From assembly GCA_032718475.1 (NCBI GenBank), contig JAUCBJ010002424.1, positions 1 through 49,333 of the forward strand: DNA of 49,333 nt, in the 5' to 3' direction. The stretch's first letter is position 1. Each line of letters starts with the position of its first letter. The stretch comes from Nemertoderma westbladi (Eukaryota > Animalia > Xenacoelomorpha). Under the pieces are notes generated by a model. The model did not search any database. It was not told where the DNA came from and saw nothing but the letters and a program-made list of their open reading frames with translations. Of the stretch, positions 11,389-23,091 are shown in pieces. Position numbers and translations under genes: made by a program.

Positions 11389-11684
11389 TCTACTTCATAA
11401 ATTATATTACTGCCGTTATTAAATATTTAATTTCCAATAATTATTTAATTTAATTTAAAATTATTATTAATTATTAATTAATTATCAACGCAAATTCCAA
11501 TATTATCACGTGTAAGTTAAAGTTAAGTTAAAAGTTAAATGTAATATCGGGTAATATTCAAATATTATCACGTGTTAGGGGCTGTTCACACATTAGGGGC
11601 AGTCACAATAGCGTTCCGATGGACATTTTATTTTTCAAAAGTGTCCGAAACACCGTTGGTTTTCAGAAACACTGAAACACTCAG

Positions 11685-11966
11685 TTGAGGGAAAGGAGCA
11701 GGTTAGGGAGGCAGGCTTTTATAACCAAAACAATATACGGCCACTTTACCAATTGAGGGAAAGGAGCAGGTTACAGAGGTAGGCTTTTATAACCAAAACA
11801 ATAAACGGCAACTTTACCAATTAAGGGAAAGGAGCAGGTTACAGAGGCAGGCTTTTATAACCAAAACAATAAACGGCCACGTTACCAATTGAGGGAAAGG
11901 AGCAAGTTAAAGAGGCAGGCTTTTATAACCAAAACAATAAACGATCAGTTTACCAATTGAGGGAAA
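11685..11966. repeat. 68-bp tandem repeat, ~4 copies
   Basis: ttgagggaaaggagcaggtta...ataaccaaaacaataaacggccactttaccaa begins at 11685, 11753 and onward. Confidence 0.9.
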
Positions 11967-12717
11967 CCATATGGTCAGAAAGTCAGTAACCATATGGTCA
12001 GACAGTCAGTACCGGTACCCCTAGTCGCTCTATAACCCAAAAAATACCGATACTAATTGTAATAAGACATAGGTATTTTATATTCTTAATTTTTCTACAT
12101 AAACAGCCGGTGGAATCCGGACCAAGATTAATTTTTTCATTTATTCATATAAATATCATAAAAAGGGCGTTCAGTGTACTGGCATTGCCGGATCCACCCT
12201 GATGTGAGTAGTAGAGTCTTGAGTTGGGTCTAAGTGTCACAAAGCCGGCCAAGACTCTACTACTGATTTGCACTGCGGAACTGATTGTAGCGACTCATTT
12301 CCCGACCTGTTTATCAACTTGACTCGTTTTTTTTCAATTTTTTTCATTTCAAAATAATTATATATTATTGTCTGATAGTTAAAACTTTATCCATGAATTT
12401 GTAATGTATTTCAATTATTACGAAAAATGATTACCAAAAATACGTTACAAATCATTACAATTTGTAATGAATTATAACGCATATTTTTTTCGTAATAATT
12501 AGTTTAATGGATGTTTATTGAATTGAACAAAATATTTCCGAACATAATAAAGGGCGTTAATAGTAAATTAATTACAATAATTATAAATATTGTAATAATT
12601 GTATTTCATTCACATTATTACATATTATATTTAATTATTTTATCTATAATAGAACTGCGTTTTGTCTTATAAAATTATTTTCGACTATAAAATTTTACTC
12701 AAGCGTTACCCTACTAC

Positions 12718-14197
12718 TTCGGTACGTCATTCTGTTTCTCATTGGCGTACCAACTGCCCCCCTCCTTTGGTACGTCATTATGTTGCTCAGTGGCGTGCCA
12801 ACTGCCACCCCTTCGGTACACCATTATGTTGCTCAGTGGCGTACCAACTGCCCCCTCCTTTGGTACGTCATTCTGTTGCTCAGTGGCGTACCAACTGCCA
12901 CCCCTTCGGTACACCATTCTGTTGCTCAGTGGCGTACCAACTGCCCCCCTCCTTCGGTACACCATTCTGTTGCTCAGTGGCGTACCAACTGCCACCCCTT
13001 CGGTTCACCATTCTGTTGCTCAGTGGCGTACCAACTGCCCCCCTCCTTCGGTACACCATTCTGTTGCTCAATGGCGTACCAACTGCCCCCCTCCTTTGGT
13101 ACGTCATTCTGTTGCTCAGTGGCGTACCAACTGCCACCCCTTCGGTACACCATTATGTTGCTCAGTGGCGTACCAACTGCCCCCCTCCTTCGGTACACCA
13201 TTCTGTTGCTTAGTGGCGTACCAACTGCCACCCCTTCGGTACACCATTCTGTTGCTCAGTGGCGTACCAACTGCCACCCCTTCGGTACACCATTCTGTTG
13301 CTCAGTGGCGTACCAACTGCCCCCCTCCTTTGGTACGTCATTCTGTTGCTCAGTGGCGTACCAACTGCCACCCCTTCGGTACACCATTCTGTTGCTCAGT
13401 GGCGTACCAACTGCCCCCCTCCTTTGGTACGTCATTCTGTTGCTCAGTGGCCTACCAACTGCCACCCCTTCGGTACACCATTCTGTTGCTCAGTGGCGTA
13501 CCAACTGCCCCCCTCCTTCGGTACACCATTATGTTGCTCAGTGGCGTACCAACTGCCACCCCTTCGGTACACCATTCTGTTGCTCAGTGGCGTACCAACT
13601 GCCCCCCCTCCTTCGGTACACCATTCTGTTGCTCAGTGGCGTACCAACTGCCACCCCTTCGGTACACCATTCTGTTGCTCAGTGGCGTACCAACTGCCCC
13701 CCTCCTTTGGTACGTCATTCTGTTGATCAGTGGCGTACCAACTGCCACCTCCTTCGGTACACCATTCTGTTGCTCAGTGGCGTACCAACTGCCCCCCTCC
13801 TTTGGTACGTCATTCTGTTGATCAGTGGCGTACCAACTGCCCCCTCCTTCGGTACACCATTCTGTTGCTCAGTGGCGTACCAACTGCCCCCCCTCCTTCG
13901 GTACGTCATTCTGTTGATCAGTGGCGTACCAACTGCCCCCCTCCTTCGGGTACACCATTCTGTTGCTCAGTGGCGTACCAACTGCCCCCCTCCTTCGGTA
14001 CACCATTATGTTGCTTAGTGGCGTACCAACTGCCCCCCCCCCCCCTTTGGTACACCATTATGTTGCTCAGTGGCGTACCAACTGCCCCCCTTAGGTACAC
14101 TATTATGTTGCTCAGTGGCGTACCAACTGCCCCCCCTTAGGTACGCCACTCCCGTTGCTCAGTGGCGTACCAAATGCCCACCCCCCTCTTGGTACGC
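12718..14197. repeat. 46/48-bp minisatellite, ~31 copies
   Basis: Unit is ttcggtacaccattctgttgctcagtggcgtaccaactgc + (cacccc or ccccctcc). It explains all the overlapping ORFs in this region. Confidence 0.97.
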
Positions 14198-14315
14198 AAT
14201 TTTGTAACAACATTCGAATATTTTATGTTGTTCTGAATTTGAGTTGTTTTTTTCCTTATTGTATATCCTTATTATGCTTTTCTTCTTATTAAGTTTTTTA
14301 TAGCGCATATTTAAT

Positions 14316-14516
14316 TCTTATAACATGTACAGCGATAATAATTCGTTTATTGTTTTGGTTAGATTCAGCCCTTCTGACTTTGTAACCTGGATTTTTAGTG
14401 AAAATCTGGTATTTATTACATGGGGGTAAACAGCCAATGTGACTGAAACCACAGGATAGAGAAAACTGAATCTAACCAAAACAATAAACTAATTAGTATC
14501 TGTACTTGTTATAAGA
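14316..14516. repeat. Small inverted-repeat (MITE-like) element
   Basis: gtttattgttttggttagattcag (14345-14368) is the reverse complement of ctgaatctaaccaaaacaataaac (14466-14489). The arms extend to tcttataaca / tgttataaga. Confidence 0.75.
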
Positions 14517-15907
14517 CACTTAATAAGGAGAAATTTAACAAAATACCATTTCTTCATAATATTTAAAATTTCAATGGAAATTCGACCGTAAATTGGAAAA
14601 TTGGTAATTATTCACATGGGATTATTTTGATATAATTTTGAGTAAACTTTTTGAAATATATGAAATTGAGACCCTAAAATCAGAGCAATTTGTGTTTAAA
14701 TATTTTTCGGTAGAATTATAAAATACGCAGATCCCATTATTTAATCAATAATGTCCTGCAACCAGTTTAAAAAAAACAACATGTCCTATAACAATTAATG
14801 TATAATATTGCTTTGTTACAAAATTAAGAAAATTACCTATAATAATCATGAAATTTATAGCAAAAGGTAGACAAATACAGTATTTGTGTCTAAAACTACT
14901 AATATGAAGAAAATTTGATTACCAAAGGGAGAATTTCTTAAATTAATTATGTGAGCTAATATATTATAACAATAAATACTGATGGAATGAAACATTAGTA
15001 AAGTTCATTGAATAATGCGATCCATTGACTAACACATTAATAGCTTCAGCAGACCATATGGCAAGAATGAGTCATAGAACAAAGCTCAAGGCATGTATAA
15101 AGCACAGTACCACATATGTATGCAATATTGCATTAACAGCTGGAAGGGTGTGAGCTAAGAGCGAAGCTGTACCCAACCCAGAAGCTGGTAGTAATGATTG
15201 GAACGGGTGCAGTTGCCCTCTTCCTCTGTCAAACTACAATTAACAAACCAATTTTCAACGAAATAGCTGTTTTAATAATTAGACATACAGGATATACGGG
15301 TGGTAATACTGAGAAAATATATTAAACGGAAAAAGTGAACCAGCAAACGATGGACTGGGCGGCTTTCCCCCGCTGTCATTGTTTTTACACGTTTCAGATA
15401 ATTTATTCAGGGAGGAATTAAGAGGAAGAGGGGGGGGGGGGGGGGGGGGGGGGTGGGGGGGGGGGGGGGGCAGTTGGTTGGGATAAATTCACCAAACATT
15501 ATATTCTGACTGATAAAACAACCTACAGTAATTTATTTATTTCTGGCTGTTTAACAAATATTTATATCTCACAAACAGCATCATTCATAGAGCTTTCACG
15601 ATTAGACAATGCCATTGAAACGCAATAGAAGGGACCTTAATGGTGTCAACGGATAGCAGGAGTCAATGTCGTAAATATTCATTCCATAACATGAAATTAT
15701 TTAACAATAGTGCAGTGGTGAAAGGTAAAAGGGTTAAAATGGTAAAAGCGAAAAAGGAGTCGTTGGAGAGGTGAAAAATTAGCATGGGGGGGGGGGGGGG
15801 GGTTGATCTGATTATGTATATTGGTAGCCTGATTAACGGCATAACTGCCTGTAGTAGCCAAGTGAAGGTGAATGTGTGCTGAGCGAAAGGGCTTTTCATC
15901 AAATTTT

Positions 15908-16979
15908 AACAATGATAGTGCATTGATTAGTTTGGTACGTTACTAACAATGATAGTACATTGCTTAGTTTGGTACGTTACTAACAATAATAGTGCATTGA
16001 TTAGTTTGGTACGTTACTAACAATGATAGTACATTGCTTAGTTTGGTACGTTACTAACAATGATAGTGCATTGATTAGTTTGGTACGTTACTAACAATGA
16101 TAGTGCATTGATTAGTTTGGTACGTTACTAACAATGATAGTACATTGCTTAGTTTGGTACGTTACTAACAATAATAGTGCATTGATTAGTTTGGTACGTT
16201 ACTAACAATGATAGTACATTGATTAGTTTGGTACGTTACTAACAATGATAGTGCATTGATTAGTTTGGTACGTTACTAACAATGATAGTGCATTGATTAG
16301 TTTGGTACGTTACTAACAATGATGTACATTGATTAGTTTGGTACGTTACTAACAGTGATAGTACATTGATTAGTTTGGTACGTTACTAACAATGATAGTG
16401 TATTGATTACTTTGGTATGTTACTAACAATGATAGTGCATTGATTAGTTTGGTACGTTACTAACAATGATAGTGCATTGATTAGTTTGGTACGTTACTAA
16501 CAATGATAGTGCATTGATTAGTTTGGTACGTTACTAACAATGATAGTGCATTGATTAGTTTGGTACGTTACTAACAATGATAGTGCATTGATTAGTTTGG
16601 TACGTTACTAACAATGATAGTGCATTGATTAGTTTGGTACGTTACTAACAATGATAGTGCATTGAATAGTTTGGTACGTTACTAACAATGATAGTGCATT
16701 GATTAGTTTGGTACGTTACTAACAGTGATAGTACATTGATTAGTTTGGTACGTTACTAACAATGATAGTGCATTGATTAGTTTGGTACGTTACTAACTAT
16801 GATAGTGCATTGATTAGTTTGGTACGTTACTAACAATGATAGTGCAGTGATTAGTTTGGTACATTACTAACAATGATAGTTCATTGATTAGTTTGGTACG
16901 TTACTAACAATGATAGTACATTGCTTAGTTTGGTACGTTACTAACAATAATAGTGCATTGATTAGTTTGGTACGTTACT
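15908..16979. repeat. 37-bp minisatellite, ~29 copies
   Basis: Unit aacaatgatagtgcattgattagtttggtacgttact. Confidence 0.97.
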
Positions 16980-19231
16980 TATGTTGTTACTTTCTGTTTG
17001 TTTAATAATGTTTAAAGTGTTAAAAGCAATAGAATCGAATAAAATAATTCCAACTTATTTCCCAGTATGTGTCTACTGTACGCTACGCGTGCACGATGTC
17101 AGTACATATGTCTAAATCTTCCTAAAATTTAGGATCTATTTTTAATAGAGAAATAACTTTTGGATGGTGTAATTTTAGGAAAACGTCTAGGGACACTCTT
17201 CCTCTACTACTGACCCTCTCTCCATAACATTTACAATTCGTGTATGAATGCTATTGCGTTATCTATGATATTACTATCCCTATGATATTTTGATATTTAA
17301 TTTTCGACTTATCGTCTATTACAAGTATTGCCTAGTTGCGCATACAAACTCCATTATGACTACTTTACTTTAGCACTAAGAATTTGCTATTATATTTATA
17401 TGATGTAATCTATATAAATATAAACTGACTTATAAGAATTACATCTCATTCTCAAACGGGCCATGAGCATGAAATAATAACTATTTACAAACTAATTAAT
17501 AATTAGATGGAAGTCGTCCATGGTTTACGTCCATTATTACATAATATATAATTGAATTCCTGAGAATATGAGTCTGACACGGCTGGGACGTGTGAAACGT
17601 CACTTAATGTTTATTTCTGCTAGTGCCAGACTCTCCTACTCATATAATAAGGATAGCCTAAAAAACGTAGAAACTGAAAGTAAATTAGTCAGTCTGTATT
17701 TAATACCTACACAATGCCTAATTTTAGAAATGACGTGTCTTGGATGGTGTAATGGTGGAAAAGAGTACAATCTTCAAAAATGGATTAGGGACCGGTCTCT
17801 AAGTACTTAAATTGTGTGGTTGGGGTAGGGGCCCGAAAATTTGGACTGCCTCGGGTCCGAAAATTCATCATCCGTCCATGGGCTTGCAGCCGTGCAGCTC
17901 GGCACGGCTCTTCTGACTTTGTTGAATGCTATTTTCCTCTTATGTAAATCGGTCAGAAGTATCGAATAATTATGAAACGGTAGTGTGTGAGCTGCAACGA
18001 AATACCTTAATAATAATGGCGAAGTGGTGTGGTAAGCCTCGCCCAATGTAATAACCATTATCACAAGACGACAACGGCGGCGCTATTCATTATAATAAAT
18101 TATATTGGCTGAACTATCGGTAGGGAATCAAGGTTCACGGCTTGCACTGTTTTAGTTAGTAGTGGCTGAATTCCTGGCAACCACAGCACACTGCTACTCT
18201 GTGCCCCCTGTCGTTGAAAGTGGAGGCCATTAAACATATTATATAGAATATGTTAATCTACATAGAGTATAAGGAATCCGCTCCGAACCAGGAAGTAATG
18301 TATTTTACTCAGTTTACTTTGCACCTTGTAAACATTGGTAGATTACAGTAAGCAGTTACGGTATGCATCAAAGTCGTATCCGTTATTATTAATCAATTAC
18401 TCAATTAATAATCAATATTTCAAATTTTTCATTCGTCATATTGTTTTTTTATAAGTAAATAACGAAGCTAATATATACTCATTTTGGATACCCGTTATTT
18501 TGTAATAGTAAAGCCAGTTTGCACATTAAACTTTGGGTTAAAGTCGTATTGTAGAATACTGGTGGTAGGCCTTCTGCGGTACTGCCTGTGGTACTGTCTT
18601 CTTTCATTTGTCAGGTACTGAGATGTGGATTAGTAGGTGGGGAAAAGTGATTTAAATTGTTATACTCGCTTAGCCAAATATTACAACCAAAAATATATTA
18701 TTTAAGATTTTAATGTTTTAAATTCATAGCTATGTAACATGACTTTGGACGAACAGCTGAAGTGCACTATATAAAGATTGGTAGTCAATGGTAGCATTAA
18801 TGACTGCGAGACACTTGTGCCTGCGGGCACTACCCAACCAACTACTAATGCATCAAGACCTATTGAAGAGAGAAAAATTCGGGATATGACGTGTTTACTG
18901 TACTGCACCATCATGGCGACATCTCCTCACGGTTCTGTTCAGGGCTCAGGCTCAACCCAGTATTTTTATCAATATAGTATTTTGAAAGTAATCGGTTACA
19001 TTCTTTCCATTGCCGGAGTGTTCTTCATTTACGTTCTTCATTCAAGTGTTTAATGAAAGTTTAAGTTTTCTTTTACATACTTTGCACTTCTAGTACAGGG
19101 TGGCCCCAGGATGGGCCTGTTGTATAAGGCCTTCAATTTATTTCCATATCACATATTGTCGGAATAGGTTTACCGTTTTCTACAATCACATAAAATTGTA
19201 TGCACTTTAGTATTTGTAAAACACTTATCTT

Positions 19232-20381
19232 TCAGAGAGACATGCCTCCTCTCTCAGAGTCAGAGAGACAGGCCTCCTCTCTCAGAGTCAGAGAGACATG
19301 CCTCCTGTCTCAGAGTCAGAGAGACAGGCCTCCTCTCTCAGAGAGACAGACCTCCTCTCTCAGAGAGACAGGCCTCCTCTCTCAGAGAGACAGGCCTCAT
19401 CTCTCAGAGAGACAGGCCTCCTCTCTCAGAGAGACAGGCCTCCTCTCTCAGAGAGACAGGCCTCCTCTCTCAGAGAGACAGGCCTCCTCTCTCAGAGAGA
19501 CAAGCCTCCTCTCTCAGAGAGACAGCCCTCCTCTCTCAGAGAGATAGCCCTTCTCTCTCAGTGAGACAGCCCTTCTCTCTCAGAGAGACAGGCCTCCTCT
19601 CTCAGAGAGACAGGCCTCCTCTCTCAGAGAGGCAGGCCTCCTCTCTCAGAGAGACAGGCCTCCTCTCTCAGAGAGACAGGCCTCCTCTCTCAGAGAGACA
19701 GGCCTCCTCTCTCAGAGAGACAGGCCTCCTCTCTCAGAGAGACAGGCCTCCTCTCTCAGAGAGACAGGCCTCCTCTCTCAGAGAGACAGGCCTCCTCTCT
19801 CAGAGAGACAGGCCTCCTCTCTCAGAGAGACAGGCCTCCTCTCTCAGAGAGACAGGCCTCCTCTCTCAGAGAGACAGGCCTCCTCTCTCAGAGAGACAGG
19901 CCTCCTCTCTTAGAGAGACAAGCCTCCTCTCAGAGAGACAGGCCTCCTCTCTTAGAGAGACAGGCCTCCTCTCTCAGAGAAACAAGCCTCCTCTCTCAGA
20001 GAGACAGGCCTCCTCTCTCAGAGAGACAGGCCTCCTCTCTTAGAGAGACAGGCCTCCTCTCTCAGAGAGACAGGCCTCCTCTCTCAGAGAGACAGGCCTC
20101 CTCTCTCAGAGAGACAGGCCTCCTCTCTCAGAGAGACAGGCCTCCTCTCTTAGAGAGACAAGCCTCCTCTCAGAGAGACAGGCCTCCTCTCTTAGAGAGA
20201 CAGGCCTCCTCTCTCAGAGAAACAAGCCTCCTCTCTCAGAGAGACAGGCCTCCTCTCTCAGAGAGACAGGCCTCCTCTCTTAGAGAGACAGGCCTCCTCT
20301 CTCAGAGAGACAGGCCCCCTCTCTCAGAGAGACAGGCCTCCTCTCTCAGAGAGACAGGCCTCCTCTCTCTCAGAGAGACAG
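19232..20381. repeat. 22-bp quasi-palindromic minisatellite, ~52 copies
   Basis: Unit gagagacaggcctcctctctca. Confidence 0.97.
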
Positions 20382-21172
20382 CACCATTATTATTCTTTAT
20401 GTTATACGTTTCTGTATTTTGCATTTAAGTATAGTAAACGAATGAGAATAACTTCACTTCACATCATATAATCACATTTCAATACAAGGGACAACAATCA
20501 TTGGCATTGGCATTTACATTAGTAAAATTAGAATAGTATTTGGCTTCCTTTGTGATTAACCAAGCCTACAATCTACTATGGAATATGTTTACACCCAACC
20601 AAATGGCTTCCCTAATGGTTTATTATCTACGATGAGTTGCAGTTGGAGACCCATACATACATTGTGACAGTGATACCCCCCAACCCATGTACTTTGCTTT
20701 AACACACCCGCATCTCAATAGCACACCCCGAACTTAGGGTGATATTTTTGCATTTAACTTCATCATTTACAGCGTGGGATGCCACACACCATGACATGAA
20801 TTAAGGGTATTCGATTTTAACAATTGAATAACTGTATCTAGGTCATTGTTTTCATGCGGCAGGCGGCAGAAAATTTAATATAATGATAATAAATTGAAAG
20901 TTATTGACTATGGAACTAGGTAGACAGTTGTAATTCATTTCATTTTAAATTTCTGGTTATAAAATAATGTTGTTGTTTACTATAGTCGAGTCGATAAGCA
21001 TAAATCCCAAATTAAATTCGTTATCAATCCACACCACAATTTTTTGGATTCTATATTACCTTTTTAATGCCAAGAATAATTAATCTATAAGAATTTATTT
21101 TTGGAAAATATAAATTTATTCATGAAATTTATACGTAAATCAGCTTAATAGATGCCAAATGAAAGGAACATG

Positions 21173-21843
21173 TTTATTTATTCCTTACATTATTTATTCC
21201 TTACTTTATTTATTCCTTACTTTATTTATTCCTTACTTTAATTATTCCTTACTTTATTTATTCCTTACTTTATTTATTCCTTACTTTATTTATTCCTTAC
21301 TTTATTTATTCCTTACATTATTTATTCCTTACTTTATGTATTCCTTACTTTATTTATTCCTGACTTTATTTATTCCTTACTTTATTTATTCCTTACTTTA
21401 TTTATTCCTTACTTTATTTATTCCTTACTTTATTTATTCCTTACTTTATTTATTCCTTACTTTATTTATTCATTACTTTATTTATTCCTTACTTTATTTA
21501 TTCCTTACTTTATTTATTCCTTACTTTATTTATTCCTTACTTTATTTATTCCTTACTTTATTTATTCCTTACTTTATTTATTCCTTACTTTATTTATTCC
21601 TTACTTTATTTATTCCTTACTTTATTTGTTACTTACTTTATTTATTCCTTACTTTATTTATTCCTTACATTATTTATTCCTTACTTTATTTATTCCTTAC
21701 TTTATTTATTCATTACTTTATTTATTCCTTACTTTATTTATTCCTTACTTTATTTATTCCTTACTTTATTTATTCCTTACTTTATTTATTCCTTACTTTA
21801 TTTGTTACTTACTTTATTTATTCCTTACTTTATTTGTTACTTT
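21173..21843. repeat. 16-bp minisatellite, ~42 copies
   Basis: Unit tttatttattccttac. Confidence 0.97.
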
Positions 21844-22627
21844 CTTTTTGTAAAATATAACTAGGTACTGGTACTATAGTATCTGTTACGTTTTTGGTTG
21901 TATAGGCCTAATGTATCTCTACAGTAATATCGTTATGTTTATGTAATATCATATCATATCGCATCACAATTGGTGTATAATAATACAATATGTTGTATCA
22001 ACCAGGATATGGTGGCATGTAATAATGAAAATATGTTATCCTTTAAAAGGGATAGATATGGTTAGTTTATTTCAATTATATTTCATTTTCAGTCTTTAAG
22101 CAGGAACTGGCATCGAATCGAATCAAAAGCAATTTTTCGTCTTAGATTTCCCATATATTTTTCGATTCGATTTCGATTCGACTCGGGTAAAAAATTTCGT
22201 CTTCGATTCGATTATTCGACCTTTGAATATTAACTTAATTATTTGTCATTAAATATAGGCCTATATTATAAATTTTATTCTTAAATTGTTACTTTGAATT
22301 GGAACTTCTTAAATTTAATCACAATGGTTGAAAGAGCATCGAAGTAGAAAATGTTTGCAAGTACTGTAATTAGTGCAAAATCAATTCACACCTCAAAAGT
22401 AATTGTAACTTTTTAGTGTTGTGTGCACTGTGTACACCAAAACATAATTCAATATCCAATATTAGTTTATGTAAGAAGTTAAGCGGCTCTCTAATTACGT
22501 AATAAATATTCGGGAACACTAATGGATTTAAAATTGTGTAAGGCAGCATCAGGTGTTGAATACTAGGCCTACAATAATTTTAATTGCAGTAACCATGGAA
22601 GCAATAGAGTAAAATACCATAAATAAT

Positions 22628-22918
22628 ATAGTAACAATGTGTTGGCAAGCTGTATTTTTCGAGGTGTTTGTTATTATACATAGAGAGATATGAGATATTA
22701 ATTTCAAGAAAAAATACGCGATTCCTAAATTTGTACACTACCCGGTTAAAAAGTGCGCATGTGATGGGATTGGTCCTGCAGTTGCGCCAATAAAAGATAA
22801 GTTATTTTCGGTAAAATAAACTTATCATTCGAGGTTAAGACCCCTAGATCCCTTCCTATAATAAATGTATAATAACAAACACCTCGAAAAATACAGCTTG
22901 CCAACACATTGTTACTAT
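22628..22918. repeat. Perfect 54-bp inverted repeat (22628-22681 / 22865-22918) enclosing a direct copy (22683-22872) of 23095-23284
   Basis: atagtaacaatgtgttggc...ttattatacat versus atgtataataac...cattgttactat. The 190-bp block is identical by eye to the block 412 bp downstream. Confidence 0.92.
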
Positions 22919-22987
22919 CAATAATAAAAAATCAGGGGTTAATAAAATTGGCAGCTGGCTTTGAAATTAATACTCCATATCTCAAGA

Positions 22988-23050
22988 ACCTGTGGCCTAG
23001 TGGTTGTAGTCTCGGCTTCCACCTCGAGGTCCCAGGTTCGAATCCGACAC
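22988..23050 (+). pseudogene. tRNA-like head (probably tRNA-Gly-TCC-derived), not a functional tRNA
   Basis: A and B boxes are correctly spaced. The anticodon-like arm CTCGG-CTTCCACC-TCGAG has a non-canonical 8-nt loop, and no acceptor stem pairs. Confidence 0.7.
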
Positions 23051-23091
23051 CACGCTGATGAGACCCAGTAAGGTCGAAACGCGTACGTGGT
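23049..23091 (+). ncRNA. Type I minimal hammerhead ribozyme
   Basis: Stem I ACCACG/CGTGGT, core CTGATGA, stem II GACC-cagtaa-GGTC, GAA, palindromic stem III ACGCGT, and a GUA cleavage triplet at 23083-23085. Confidence 0.9.

Noticed and set aside
11576-11620. Harbinger-like TIR start (taggggctgttcacac)
   Set aside because: No matching inverted end was found in the window.
12662-14140. Many long overlapping ORFs (up to 412 aa)
   Set aside because: These are translations of the 46/48-bp minisatellite in several frames on both strands.
15530-15885. Possible laminin-G-like exon (ISGCLTNIYI...)
   Set aside because: The motif is very short and is followed by in-frame stops and a poly-G tract.
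19200-21860. ORFs with SERQASSLRETGLL and YFIYSLLYLFLTLFIP repeats
   Set aside because: They are artefacts of stop-free 22-bp and 16-bp tandem units.
22988-23060. Functional tRNA gene
   Set aside because: There is no acceptor stem, the anticodon loop is 8 nt, and the 3' end runs into the hammerhead.
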